The notes below the pieces were generated by a model that saw nothing but the letters and a program-made list of their open reading frames with translations, ran no database searches and was not told the origin of the DNA. A DNA stretch of 64,000 bases from an uncultured bacterium (lineage in GTDB: Bacteria > Bacillota_I > Bacilli_A > RFN20 > CAG-826), in NCBI GenBank assembly GCA_949285665.1, contig CASDYC010000001.1, forward strand, positions 325,376 to 389,375, read 5' to 3'. Position numbers and translations under genes: made by a program. This document shows, piece after piece, positions 50,324 through 61,033 of the stretch (the stretch's first letter is position 1; every line of letters begins with the position of its first letter).

Positions 50324-52437
50324 ACAAATAACATTACAATATCTTTAATAAAAATAACACCAATTAATAAAAATAAGAAACCTAATCCAATATATTCGAC
50401 AATTTTTCTAACTTTTGAATTAATTTTTCTTCTTGAAATTCCCTCATAACAGGCAACAACAATATGCCAACCATCTAATCCTGGAATTGGAATTAAATTA
50501 ATAATTGCTAAATTAACAGAAATTAATCCCCACATTGAAATATAAACTGAAAACGGATTATTTTCTAAAATTGTGGCGGATTGAGCAAGAATGGCAATTG
50601 GTCCTCCAAGATCTCCCCAAGTATTTGGATTAGTAAATAAGCTTCCAAGAGAGGTAAAAATTGCAGTTGTTCCACTTACCCAATTTTCTCCAGCAACTTG
50701 AAAAGCTTCGCTTTTAAGCCATCTTTGATAATGAGTAAATGATACATTTAATCCTAAATCATTTGATCCAGTTTTATTAACATAAGAAATATTTGTGCTT
50801 ACAAATTCATGTCTATTATATTTTGGATTTTCGACGAAAATATTTTCATCACTTGGTTTTGCATTTTCTTTTAAAGGTTGTAAAACTGAAAAACCAATAT
50901 TAGAATTTGGATTTATAACTGCTCCAACCAAAATAAAATTGGCTTGTAAATCAATATCATCTAATTTTAATTCAGAAATATTTTTTTCAGATTTTTTTTC
51001 AACTAATTCTTCTTGATAAGTTTTTTCAGAAAGTAATTTTATTTCTTGATTATTAATAAATTTATCGTTTTCAGTATTTGGATCATATCTAAATAAATTG
51101 TAATTTTTAATTTCTTTTCCATTAACAGTAACTGTTTTATAAATTTGATCATCAAGGGTTAAATTATTAATACTTGTAAAAGTATTATTCATTGTTAGAA
51201 CATAAGAATCTTCACCAATTTTAATATCATGAGCAATAATGTATTTTCCATTTTCGGAACTTGAGCCACTTAAAACATAGAAAAATGGATCAGGATTATT
51301 TTTCTTATCTTCTTCACTTAAAAATGAAAATGCTTTATTATCCAAAAATTCTTTATATTCATTATTTAAGTCTTTATTTAAATATGTTAATTTAGAACCT
51401 AAATTATTTGTAATTTGAACTTCATTTGAATTAGAAACCAATCTTGAAGTAACCATATCATAAGGAAAACAACCAGCAGATATTAAATATAAGACATAGC
51501 CTAGAATAAAATTCATTATTATTCCAGCTGACATTACTATTATTTTCTTTGGATGAGAAATTGATTCAAGGCTTCTTCTTTTTGGCATTGAATTTTCATC
51601 AACTTTATTAATAACTTCACTTTCTTTAATTAAAAATTCATCAATGGTAATTTCATTTCTAATCAATTTATCAATTCGTGATTTTTTTAAAGTAGAATAA
51701 TCTCCATAATATTTATTAATAAGATTATTAATTGCATTTTCTTTATTTCCTTTGGCTTTGTTTAGAGCTTTAATTTTTATATTTTGAATATTTATATCAA
51801 AATAATTATTAAAAAATTCAACTTCGGTGACTTTTTTATCTAAATAATCATAAATTCCAAGTCTATTAACAAAATCATATTCTTTTTTAGTTTTATTTTT
51901 GTAATATTCAACAACTTTATTTATATCATTTTTATATTTTTTTAATAATTTTTGTTCTTTTTTATAAATCTTTCTTTTTGTTAAATCTGCAACATCAAAA
52001 TAATCACCAAGGGATTTATCAAAATCAGTTTGATTATTATTAACATCATTTATATCTTCATTTAAAGAATTTATATCATCATCATTTTTAAAAACAACAT
52101 CACTTTTTACCTCTAAATTATTAATATCATCACTTTTATTTGAATCTTTTTTAACTTCTTCTTTATTTTGTTCTTCTTTTTTATTTTTTGTATTATCTTG
52201 ATTATCTTCATCTTCTCCATACATTGAAACATAGCCGCCTAATGGAATAACTCCAATACAAAAATATGTTTCAGCAAATTTAGATTTTCTTCTTACAATT
52301 TTTTTACCAAATCCAATGGAATATTCAAAACAATAAACTTTAAATATTTTTGCAGCAATAAAATGTCCTAATTCATGTAATGAAATTAAAAGACATAAAC
52401 CAATTATAAATAAAATAATAACTAATATAATTTCCAA
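50320..52437 (-). CDS. rseP: RIP metalloprotease (site-2 protease RseP/RasP) with a large low-complexity insertion
   Basis: HELGH in TM1, the GGYVSM re-entrant motif, and the C-terminal NLIPIPGLDGWH. At 705 aa it is far longer than the usual ~420. Confidence 0.8.
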   Translation of the reverse strand: MEIILVIILFIIGLCLLISLHELGHFIAAKIFKVYCFEYSIGFGKKIVRRKSKFAETYFCIGVIPLGGYVSMYGEDEDNQDNTKNKKEEQNKEEVKKDSNKSDDINNLEVKSDVVFKNDDDINSLNEDINDVNNNQTDFDKSLGDYFDVADLTKRKIYKKEQKLLKKYKNDINKVVEYYKNKTKKEYDFVNRLGIYDYLDKKVTEVEFFNNYFDINIQNIKIKALNKAKGNKENAINNLINKYYGDYSTLKKSRIDKLIRNEITIDEFLIKESEVINKVDENSMPKRRSLESISHPKKIIVMSAGIIMNFILGYVLYLISAGCFPYDMVTSRLVSNSNEVQITNNLGSKLTYLNKDLNNEYKEFLDNKAFSFLSEEDKKNNPDPFFYVLSGSSSENGKYIIAHDIKIGEDSYVLTMNNTFTSINNLTLDDQIYKTVTVNGKEIKNYNLFRYDPNTENDKFINNQEIKLLSEKTYQEELVEKKSEKNISELKLDDIDLQANFILVGAVINPNSNIGFSVLQPLKENAKPSDENIFVENPKYNRHEFVSTNISYVNKTGSNDLGLNVSFTHYQRWLKSEAFQVAGENWVSGTTAIFTSLGSLFTNPNTWGDLGGPIAILAQSATILENNPFSVYISMWGLISVNLAIINLIPIPGLDGWHIVVACYEGISRRKINSKVRKIVEYIGLGFLFLLIGVIFIKDIVMLFV

Positions 52438-52457
52438 AAAAGCACCCTCTAAACTTT

Positions 52458-53615
52458 CTATTTTTTAATTAAATTTAATAACATTTTTCTAACTTCATCA
52501 TTGGTTTTTATTATATCATTTAATGATGGATTTTTGATATATTTTGCATGATTCATTGCATAAAAAATTAATTTTTGTATATCTAAAAATTCAATTTCAT
52601 TATTCATAAATTTATCAACCGCAAAATCATTTGCAGCATTAACAATAGCACCTAAATTACCTTTTTTATTTAAAATTTCATAACCAATATTTAATATTTT
52701 ATTTTGATATTCATTTGGTTTATAAAATTCTAATTTATTAACATTATATATATTAAAATCAATATTAGTCTTAACTCTTTTATTTTTGTTTAAAGCATAT
52801 GAAATTGGAATTTTCATGTCTTTTTCACCAAAATCAAATAAATATGTGTCATCAATTAATTTAATCATTGAATGAACATATGATTGAGGATGAATAAGAA
52901 CTTTTATTTTATTTTTGGATAAATTAAATAAATATGACGCTTCAACAATCTCAAAAGCTTTATTTAAAAGAGTTGCTGAATCGATTGTAATTTTATTTCC
53001 CATGTTCCAAGATGGATGATTAAGTGCATCTTGAAGCTTTACAAATTCTAATTCATCTTCACTTTTATCTTTAAAAGGTCCACCAGAACAAGTTATTACA
53101 ACTTCTTTTAAATTATTTCTATTTCCTTTTAATAATTTTTCAATGGCGACATGTTCTGAATCAATCGGATATAATTTAGACTTTGATTTTTTTAATGTAT
53201 CCTTAAATAAATCTAGACCAACAACAATACTTTCTTTATTAGCAAGTGCTAAATCTTTATTTAAATTTAAAATTTCAAAAGTTGGTTTCACACCCACAAA
53301 TCCAACAAGTGAATTAATATAAATATCAGAATTTGCATCTTTAATTAATTTATCCAAATCATTTTCACAATAAAAATTAATATTTTTATAATTATTTTGA
53401 AAATAATTAAAATAATCTTTATTTAAAAAATAAACATATTTAATAGAATTAAAATCATTTAATATTTCTTTTAAATATTCAATATTATTACCAACAGAAA
53501 CTGCAATTAATTTATATTTAATAATGCCTTCTTTTAATAATTCTATACACTTTTGACCAATGTTTCCGCTAGCTCCTAAAATAGTTAAGCTTTTCATTAA
53601 TTTAAAAACCACCAT
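52458..53615 (-). CDS. dxr: 1-deoxy-D-xylulose 5-phosphate reductoisomerase
   Basis: N-terminal NADPH motif (ILGASGNIGQK) and a conserved C-terminal domain. The start could equally be the ATG at 53597, which overlaps the cdsA stop as TAATG. Confidence 0.8.
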   Translation of the reverse strand: MVVFKLMKSLTILGASGNIGQKCIELLKEGIIKYKLIAVSVGNNIEYLKEILNDFNSIKYVYFLNKDYFNYFQNNYKNINFYCENDLDKLIKDANSDIYINSLVGFVGVKPTFEILNLNKDLALANKESIVVGLDLFKDTLKKSKSKLYPIDSEHVAIEKLLKGNRNNLKEVVITCSGGPFKDKSEDELEFVKLQDALNHPSWNMGNKITIDSATLLNKAFEIVEASYLFNLSKNKIKVLIHPQSYVHSMIKLIDDTYLFDFGEKDMKIPISYALNKNKRVKTNIDFNIYNVNKLEFYKPNEYQNKILNIGYEILNKKGNLGAIVNAANDFAVDKFMNNEIEFLDIQKLIFYAMNHAKYIKNPSLNDIIKTNDEVRKMLLNLIKK

Positions 53616-54718
53616 CCGTTAGTCATAAATGTTAATAAACAACTTGTTGTAATAAACGCAAATAATACAGAATCAAGCCTATCTAAGACTCCACCATGTC
53701 CTGGAATAATACGAGAAAAATCTTTAATTTGGAAATTTCTTTTAATCGCTGAAAAAGCAAAATCTCCAACATTCCCAACAATTGGAAGAGCAATTGCAAG
53801 AATTAAAACATTATACCAATGTTCAAAATCTAAAACTCCTGGTAAGATATCATAACCTCCAGCTGAACATGAAAAAGCAAATATTAAACAACAAATTATT
53901 GAAATAAAAATTCCTCCAAAAAAACCTTCCCAAGTTTTTTTTGGTGAAATTCTTTCATTAATTCGGTGTTTTCCAAATAAAACACCAACAAAATATGCAC
54001 CAATGTCGTTTAACATTGATCCGATTAAAACAAATATAAATAAGAACGATGAATAAGCATAACTTCCATAACTTTGATCAAAAAAGAAATCATGACTTAT
54101 ACTTTCACCACCTTGTACATAATTATTAGCATAATCTGCAAATGGAATAAATCTTACAAAGAACATACTTTGAAAACCTAATCCAATTAAAATTGACATT
54201 GTAAAGAAATAACAAACATCTTTAAATGAAAAGTTTTCATTTGTAATACATGCCACAAAGAATATTAAAAATGATAAAGCAATCATTATAATTGACAAAT
54301 TTAACCCATCAATCATACCATTTGTAGTGTGTGTAAATCCTATCGAAAACAAATTAAAATTATAAAATAAGAAATAATCATTATTTAATTTTTCTAACAC
54401 TTTTGGACCATCATTTATTGCGTTTTTTATAAATCCCCAATAAATAAAGGATAAAGTTACAACATAAAAGAAAATATACAGCAAAATAGGCACATTTTTC
54501 TCTTTCGGTGCGATTGAAATTTCATAAATTGCAAATAATGCAAGTAAAGAAATTAAAACAAAATATGCCCAACCTCCAATAAAAACACATGGTAAACAAA
54601 TGCAAAGTAAAACTATTGAAGTAATAATTCTAGTTACCATGTTTTTTTCAGTTGATTTTGATAATTGATTAGTTTCAATTAAATTTTTTCTTTTTATTTT
54701 CTTTTCTTTATTTATCAT
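53597..54718 (-). CDS. cdsA: Phosphatidate cytidylyltransferase (CdsA), longer than typical
   Basis: C-terminal CTP-transferase signature (KTWEGFFGGI...GHGGVLDRLDS). Polytopic. Confidence 0.8.
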   Translation of the reverse strand: MINKEKKIKRKNLIETNQLSKSTEKNMVTRIITSIVLLCICLPCVFIGGWAYFVLISLLALFAIYEISIAPKEKNVPILLYIFFYVVTLSFIYWGFIKNAINDGPKVLEKLNNDYFLFYNFNLFSIGFTHTTNGMIDGLNLSIIMIALSFLIFFVACITNENFSFKDVCYFFTMSILIGLGFQSMFFVRFIPFADYANNYVQGGESISHDFFFDQSYGSYAYSSFLFIFVLIGSMLNDIGAYFVGVLFGKHRINERISPKKTWEGFFGGIFISIICCLIFAFSCSAGGYDILPGVLDFEHWYNVLILAIALPIVGNVGDFAFSAIKRNFQIKDFSRIIPGHGGVLDRLDSVLFAFITTSCLLTFMTNGWWFLN

Positions 54719-55425
54719 AGTCCACCAAATCTACGTATTCTCTTATTATATATATTAATACATTCGTGTAAATCTTTAATGCTAAATTCAGGCCAATATT
54801 TTCCTACAAAAATAAATTCAGCATATGCAAGTTGATAAAGTAAAAAATTAGAAATTCTTTCTTCACCACTTGTTCGAATTAATAAATCTACATCAGGTAA
54901 ATCTTTTGTATATAAATAATTTTTAAAACTTATTTCATTAATATCGTTTAAATTAATTTTATTATTTATAACATCATTTGTTATATTTTTACAAGCATTT
55001 ACAATATCATCTCTTCCACCATAATTTAAACATATATTAAAAACCATTTTATTAAAATTTTTAGTTTTATTTAAAGATTCATTAATTATTTTTTGAATAT
55101 CAATTGGTAATTTTGAAATATCACCGGAAATATTTATCATAATTTCTTTTTTAATAAATTCATCGATATTCTTTTTAAAAAAAGTTTCAATATATTTAAA
55201 TAGATGATCTATTTCATCTTTTGGTCGATTCCAATTTTCCGTTGAAAAACAAAACATTGATACACAAAATATATCTAATTTATAAGCTTCTCTTAATATT
55301 TTAATGATATTTAAAACACCTTTATAATGACCATAAAATCGAGGCTTTCCTTTACTTTTAGCCCATCTCCCATTTCCATCCATTATAATGGCAAGATGTT
55401 TTAAATTTTTTGTATCAACCTTCAT
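54715..55425 (-). CDS. uppS: Undecaprenyl diphosphate synthase
   Basis: HLAIIMDGNGRWA motif, 236 aa. Confidence 0.9.
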   Translation of the reverse strand: MKVDTKNLKHLAIIMDGNGRWAKSKGKPRFYGHYKGVLNIIKILREAYKLDIFCVSMFCFSTENWNRPKDEIDHLFKYIETFFKKNIDEFIKKEIMINISGDISKLPIDIQKIINESLNKTKNFNKMVFNICLNYGGRDDIVNACKNITNDVINNKINLNDINEISFKNYLYTKDLPDVDLLIRTSGEERISNFLLYQLAYAEFIFVGKYWPEFSIKDLHECINIYNKRIRRFGGL

Positions 55426-55427
55426 GA

Positions 55428-55973
55428 TTATAAACTCATGATATCGTTTGTCTTTTCTTTTGTTAAATTATCAATCTCAAGAACAATTTCGTCTGTTACT
55501 TTTTGAATTTCTTTTTCAATTCTTTCTTCTAAATCTTCACTATATTCTTCAGATTTTTTAAGTTTATCAACAAATTCTCTTCTTACATTTCTAACAGCAA
55601 CTTTTGCTTCTTCAGCAAAACTTTTTGCTTTCTTTGATAATTCTTTTCTTTTATCTTCAGTTAATGCTGGAATAATAATTCTAATACAATCTCCATCATT
55701 AATTGGATTTAAATGTTGATCACTTGCAGCAATTGCACTATAAACAGCTTTCATATCGCCTTTATCATAAGGTTTTACGAGTAATTGATTTGGTTCAGGA
55801 GTTGTAATTGCACAAATTTGATTAATTGGCATTCTATCTCCATAATAATCAGCTTCAATTTTATTTAATAAAGCAGCATTTGCACGACCAGTTCTTAATG
55901 TATTAAATGATTCTTTTAAATTTAATACACATTTGTTCATTCTATCCTTACATGATAATGTTAATTCATCCAT
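55428..55973 (-). CDS. frr: Ribosome recycling factor
   Basis: 181 aa, characteristic charged helical bundle, conserved position. Confidence 0.9.
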   Translation of the reverse strand: MDELTLSCKDRMNKCVLNLKESFNTLRTGRANAALLNKIEADYYGDRMPINQICAITTPEPNQLLVKPYDKGDMKAVYSAIAASDQHLNPINDGDCIRIIIPALTEDKRKELSKKAKSFAEEAKVAVRNVRREFVDKLKKSEEYSEDLEERIEKEIQKVTDEIVLEIDNLTKEKTNDIMSL

Positions 55974-55985
55974 ATTATTTTCTCC

Positions 55986-56711
55986 TTAAAAACTTTCTCT
56001 TATTATTGTACCAATATTTTCGCCATCAATCACTTTTTTAAAATTATTTAAATCATCCATTGAAAAAACTCTAATTTCAATTTTTTGATTTAACATCATT
56101 GCAACCGCTGTATGATCCATAACTCCGAGATTCTTTTTATACAGATCTTCAAAAGTAATTTTATCAATTAATTTTGCATCTTTATACTTAGTTGGATCTT
56201 TATCAAATACACCTTCAACACCATTTTTTGCCATTAAAATTGCATCAGCATTAATTTCAATAGCTCTTAGAGTTGCGGTTGTATCAGTTGTAAAATAAGG
56301 GTTTCCAGTTCCGCCTGCAAATATAGTTACCATTCCTTTTTCAAGATGTGAAATTGCTTTTCTTCGAATATATTTTTCACAAACGGCATCTACTTCAATA
56401 CTTGACATTACTCTACACTCAACTCCAATATTTTCAAGTGCACTTTGTAATGCTAAAGAGTTAATAATTGTTCCAAGCATTCCCATGTAATCAGCAACTG
56501 AATGTTCAATTCCAATTTCAGAAGCTAATTTACCTCTAAAAATATTGCCAGCTCCAATTACAACAGCTACTTGAATTCCAGCTTTTGTTAATAATTGGAT
56601 TGCTTCAGCAACCTTATTTAATAAAACAGAATCAATAATTGTTTGTTCTTTTTTATTTTTTAATGCTTCTCCAGATAATTTTAATACAACTCTTTTATAT
56701 TTCATAAACAC
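55986..56711 (-). CDS. pyrH: UMP kinase
   Basis: KLSGEAL and the GAGN motif family. 241 aa. Confidence 0.9.
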   Translation of the reverse strand: MFMKYKRVVLKLSGEALKNKKEQTIIDSVLLNKVAEAIQLLTKAGIQVAVVIGAGNIFRGKLASEIGIEHSVADYMGMLGTIINSLALQSALENIGVECRVMSSIEVDAVCEKYIRRKAISHLEKGMVTIFAGGTGNPYFTTDTTATLRAIEINADAILMAKNGVEGVFDKDPTKYKDAKLIDKITFEDLYKKNLGVMDHTAVAMMLNQKIEIRVFSMDDLNNFKKVIDGENIGTIIRESF

Positions 56712-56769
56712 ACCCTTATATTATTTTAATAAAAAAGGTGCAAGATTTGCACCTTTTAAAAATAAATAA

Positions 56770-57645
56770 TTACTTATTTGCTTCTTTCATTACTTCTTCT
56801 GCGAAGTTGTCACTTCTTTTTTCAAGACCTTCACCAACTTGATATCTTACGAATTTCAAAACAGAATTGCCTTTTTCTTTTAAGACTTCTTTAACTGTTT
56901 TGCTATCATCTAATAAATATTTTTGTTCAAGTAAGACTTGTTCAGAAAGTGATTTATTGACTTTACCTTCAACAATTTTTCTTAAAGCAGCTTCTGGTTT
57001 ATCTTTAAGTTTTTCTTCATTTTTAGCAGCTTCAAATTGAATCGCAGTTTCTTTTTCAAGAACTTCTTGAGGAATATCTTCTTTAGCAATATAAAGTGGG
57101 CTATTAGCAGCAATCGACATTGCAAGACCTTTTGCTAATTCTTCATCTTCTTTTTCTAAAATTACTAAAGTAGAAATTTTACCTTTCATATGAATGTATG
57201 TTCCAACACCTCTTCCAGGTTCAACATCAATTAATTCATATCTTCTAAAATCAAGTTTTTCACCTAATTTAATTGTTGCATCATTAAATAAATCTTTAAC
57301 TGCATCTTTACAGCAATTAATACAATGAATTTCACGTTGTAAAATTGCATCAGCAGAATCTTTAACTAATTTTTTAAATGCATCAGAATTTGCAACAAAA
57401 TCAGTTTCACAATTGATTTCAAAAATTAAAGCTTTACGTTGTAGAGCATCAAAAGTAACATAAGTTGCACCTTCAGCAGCAATTCTTGATGCTTTTTTTG
57501 CAGCTTTTGCGATACCTTTTTCTCTTAACCAATCAATAGCTTTTTCAATATCACAATTTGTTTCTTCTAGTGCTTTTTTACAATCCATCATTCCAGCACC
57601 AGTTCTTTCTCTTAAGACTTTGATTTGTTCAATCATGCTTGACAT
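56770..57645 (-). CDS. tsf: Elongation factor Ts
   Basis: The N-terminal UBA-like region (LRERTGAGMMDCKKAL) is diagnostic. Confidence 0.9.
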   Translation of the reverse strand: MSSMIEQIKVLRERTGAGMMDCKKALEETNCDIEKAIDWLREKGIAKAAKKASRIAAEGATYVTFDALQRKALIFEINCETDFVANSDAFKKLVKDSADAILQREIHCINCCKDAVKDLFNDATIKLGEKLDFRRYELIDVEPGRGVGTYIHMKGKISTLVILEKEDEELAKGLAMSIAANSPLYIAKEDIPQEVLEKETAIQFEAAKNEEKLKDKPEAALRKIVEGKVNKSLSEQVLLEQKYLLDDSKTVKEVLKEKGNSVLKFVRYQVGEGLEKRSDNFAEEVMKEANK

Positions 57646-57651
57646 ATAAGT

Positions 57652-58689
57652 TTATTCTCCTTTTTCTTCTTCGCCTTGTTGTTCTAAAACTTCTTCAGCA
57701 GGTGCTTCAGCTTCTTCTACAACAGGTTTTTCTTTTGGTTCTTTTTTATTTTCCTTAGCTTCAGCCATATGTTTTTCGTATGCTTCTTTTCTTAATCTTT
57801 TTTGTTCTCTAATAGCAGCAAGACGTGCAGCATTTTCTTTTTCAACTAATTTAATAGCTTCTTTCATTGTTAAATCTTCTTCTGCACTCTTAATATGAGC
57901 AACTTCTGGTTGACCACCTTTTGCTTCAACAATAGCATCAGCTAAAATTTGTAATAAGATTTTAACAGATTTAATTGCATCATCATTTCCAGGGATTACA
58001 TAATCAATTCCATCTGGATCTGAATTTGTATCAACAATTGCAAAGACTGGAATACCAACTTTTCTTGCTTCTCTAATAGCGTTATATTCAACACTTGGAT
58101 CAACAACTACGATAGCATTAGGAATTTTTCTCATTTCTTTAATACCATCAAAGTTCTTTCTTAATTTATCCATTTCTTTATGGATTAAACTAATTTCTTT
58201 CTTTGTTCCAGCTGTTAATGTACCATCAGCATCTTGTTGTTCTAAATCTTTTAAATATTTAATTCTTGATTGAATAACTTTAAAGTTAGTTAATGTTCCA
58301 CCTAACCATCTGTTATTTACATAAAATGAACCACTTCTTAATGCTTCTTCTTCAACGATTGGTCCAACTTGTTGTTTAGTTCCAACAAATAAAACTTTTC
58401 CGCCAGCTAAAACGATATTTTTTAAAGCTTCATAAGCTTGATTTAATGCTTCAACTGTTTTTGATAAATTAATGATGTAAATTTTATTTCTTGCATCAAA
58501 AATGTATGGTTTCATTTTTGGATTCCATTTTCTTGTTTGATGACCTAAATGTACACCATTTTCTAATAATTTTCTTAATGTAATTAATGGTGTGTTTGGA
58601 TCAAATAATGATTCCATTGTTTGAGTCTCAGCTTCACTAGGAGTCTCAGTACTAGTCTTTACTTCTTGTTCTTTTAATTCTTCACTCAT
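57652..58689 (-). CDS. rpsB: 30S ribosomal protein S2, with N- and C-terminal extensions (acidic C-terminal tail)
   Basis: GVHLGHQTRKWNPKM core. The true start is the ATG at 58689 (MSEEL), with GGAGG 9 nt upstream. The track start at 58704 is the ATG inside the RBS. Confidence 0.85.
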   Translation of the reverse strand: MSEELKEQEVKTSTETPSEAETQTMESLFDPNTPLITLRKLLENGVHLGHQTRKWNPKMKPYIFDARNKIYIINLSKTVEALNQAYEALKNIVLAGGKVLFVGTKQQVGPIVEEEALRSGSFYVNNRWLGGTLTNFKVIQSRIKYLKDLEQQDADGTLTAGTKKEISLIHKEMDKLRKNFDGIKEMRKIPNAIVVVDPSVEYNAIREARKVGIPVFAIVDTNSDPDGIDYVIPGNDDAIKSVKILLQILADAIVEAKGGQPEVAHIKSAEEDLTMKEAIKLVEKENAARLAAIREQKRLRKEAYEKHMAEAKENKKEPKEKPVVEEAEAPAEEVLEQQGEEEKGE

Positions 58690-58841
58690 TTTAAAAACCT
58701 CCAATTTGTTTTGCCTCCGCTATTTCTAACAAATCCCCCACTAAAAAGAACAATTGAATTTAATGGACTAGGGATTTGAATCCATAGCGTGCGTATTTGC
58801 TTTCTAAAAGCAATTTATTATATATTATTTTATAATATATA

Positions 58842-59753
58842 TCAAGATTTCTTCTTTATTTTGCCTCTTGGATGAAAGGCTCTAAATTGATTTATCATCG
58901 CTTCAGTTGTTGTATGAGTATAAATTTGAGTAGTATTTATCGATTCGTGACCTAATAATTCTTGTATTAATCTTAAATCTGCTCCACCTTCCAATAAATG
59001 TGTTGCAAAAGTATGACGCAAAGTATGAGGATGAAGTGAAATAAAAGTTCCTGTTTTTTCTGATATTTTTTTAATAATATATTCAACACCTCTTGTAGAA
59101 AGTCTTTTTCCTTTATTGTCTAAAAATAAAGCATTTGTTTTTTCAGTTCTTTTTTTAAGTAATTCTTTTCTTAAAGTGTCAATATAGCGAATAATTACAT
59201 CTTTTGCACTTTGAGAAAATGGAACTATTCTTTCTTTTTTTCCTTTACCAAAAACTCTAATGTATCGGTTTTTGTAGTCTAAATCTTGAACATTTAGACT
59301 ACAAAGTTCACTAACTCTCATTCCGCTTGAATATAATAATTCCAAAATTGCTTGATCTCTTAAAGCCAATTTATCCGTTCTTTTTAAATTCGCATCAAAA
59401 AGAGCGTTTACTTCTTTTAAAAATAAAACTTTTGGATATTTGATTTCAGGTTTTGCAGTTTTAACGTTTAAAAAAGGATTTGTTTTAACATAATCTTCTT
59501 TCATTAAAAAACGATAAAAGTGTCTTATAGCCGCTACTTTTCTTTTAAGTGATCTTTTTGAAATATTTTTATCATATAAAGTTTTAAAAAATGAAATAAT
59601 ATCATCTTTTGAAATATTATCTAAATTTAACTCATTATCTTTTAGAAAGTCTAAATACTGTGAAACATCTTTTTTATATGATTTAACTGTGTAATCAGAA
59701 TAATTTTTTAAATATTTAAGATATAAAACAAATTCATCTAATTCATTTTTCAT
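58842..59753 (-). CDS. xerC: Tyrosine recombinase XerC/XerD family
   Basis: C-terminal catalytic box (HTLRHTFATHLL...LGHESINTTQIYTH). Overlaps the trmFO stop. Confidence 0.85.
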   Translation of the reverse strand: MKNELDEFVLYLKYLKNYSDYTVKSYKKDVSQYLDFLKDNELNLDNISKDDIISFFKTLYDKNISKRSLKRKVAAIRHFYRFLMKEDYVKTNPFLNVKTAKPEIKYPKVLFLKEVNALFDANLKRTDKLALRDQAILELLYSSGMRVSELCSLNVQDLDYKNRYIRVFGKGKKERIVPFSQSAKDVIIRYIDTLRKELLKKRTEKTNALFLDNKGKRLSTRGVEYIIKKISEKTGTFISLHPHTLRHTFATHLLEGGADLRLIQELLGHESINTTQIYTHTTTEAMINQFRAFHPRGKIKKKS

Positions 59754-61033
59754 AAATTTAATTCCTTCTTAAATTCTATTATTGAATTTATTGACTCATT
59801 TGCTTTTTCTAACTTATTTTTCTTATTAACACCATACATTATTCCAAAATTTGCATTCATAGGCGAAAAATTTTTACCATTTCCATTAGTAATGTAAAAA
59901 ATTAAACTATAAAGCATTGTATTTTTTGGAAAAGCTAAATCAATATTGTTTATTTTTTGATATAACTTAATTGCGGCATATAAACCACAAGCGGCACTTT
60001 CAACATAGCCTTCAACTCCAGCTAATTGTCCTGCAAAAATTAAATTTGAATTTGTTTTTAGTGATAAATCTTCATTTAATAATACTGGAGAATTAATGTA
60101 TGTATTTCTATGCATCAATCCATATCTAACAAATTCAGCGTTTTCTAAACCCGGGATCATAGAAAAAACTCTTTTTTGTTCTCCATAAGTTAGGTTAGTT
60201 TGAAAACCAACTAAGTTATATAAATCGCCCAACAAATTATCTTGTCTTAATTGAACAACAGCATATGGTTTTGGATATTTTTCGGTTTCTAACCCTTTTG
60301 GTTTTAAAGGTCCATATCTTAAAGTATCTATTCCTCTTTTTGCTAATACTTCAATTGGCATACAACCTTCAAAATAGTTTTTATCAAAATTATGAACCAT
60401 TGCCAATTTTGCATTTATTAATTCATTATAAAAATTCAAATACTCCTCTTTTGTAAAAGGGCAATTTATATAAGAATCATCACCTTGATCATATCTTGCT
60501 TTTTTATACGCAGTATCCATATTTATGGAATCTTTTAAAATTAATGGGGCACTTGCATCAAAAAAGAATAAGTTGTCTTGCTTAGTTATTTCTTTTATTT
60601 TTTTAACTAACTTATCACTTGTTAAAGGACCAGTACAAATTAAATAAATTCCATCTTCATTAAAATTTTCAATTTCTTGATTTATAATTTCGATATTTTT
60701 ATTATTTTTTATTTTATCTGTTATATATTTTGCAAAATTATCCCTATCCACACTTAAAGCGTTCCCACTAGGAACTTCATTTTTTAAAGCTGATTCCATA
60801 ATTATTGAATCAAGATTTTTTAATTCTTCTTTTAATAAACCACAAGCATTATCTAAACTTTTTGATTTTAAAGAATTTGAACAAACAAGCTCACCTAAAA
60901 AATCTGTATGATGAGCCCCCGTATTTTTTAAAGGTCTCATTTCATATAGTTTTACTTTAATACTGTGATTGGCAAGAAAGTTAGCAGCCTCACAACCGGC
61001 AAGACCGCCACCAATAATATTAATTTTTATCAT
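59750..61033 (-). CDS. trmFO: Methylenetetrahydrofolate-tRNA-(uracil54-C5)-methyltransferase (FADH2-dependent)
   Basis: N-terminal FAD fold (IIGGGLAGCEAA), 427 aa. Conserved position after topA. Confidence 0.85.
   Translation of the reverse strand: MIKINIIGGGLAGCEAANFLANHSIKVKLYEMRPLKNTGAHHTDFLGELVCSNSLKSKSLDNACGLLKEELKNLDSIIMESALKNEVPSGNALSVDRDNFAKYITDKIKNNKNIEIINQEIENFNEDGIYLICTGPLTSDKLVKKIKEITKQDNLFFFDASAPLILKDSINMDTAYKKARYDQGDDSYINCPFTKEEYLNFYNELINAKLAMVHNFDKNYFEGCMPIEVLAKRGIDTLRYGPLKPKGLETEKYPKPYAVVQLRQDNLLGDLYNLVGFQTNLTYGEQKRVFSMIPGLENAEFVRYGLMHRNTYINSPVLLNEDLSLKTNSNLIFAGQLAGVEGYVESAACGLYAAIKLYQKINNIDLAFPKNTMLYSLIFYITNGNGKNFSPMNANFGIMYGVNKKNKLEKANESINSIIEFKKELNL

Noticed and set aside
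58765-58795. A tRNA-like T-arm motif (GGGATTTGAATCC) in the rpsB leader, considered as a possible tRNA or tRNA remnant.
   Set aside because: No acceptor, D or anticodon arms can be folded around it. It is more likely a short palindrome within a structured 5' UTR.
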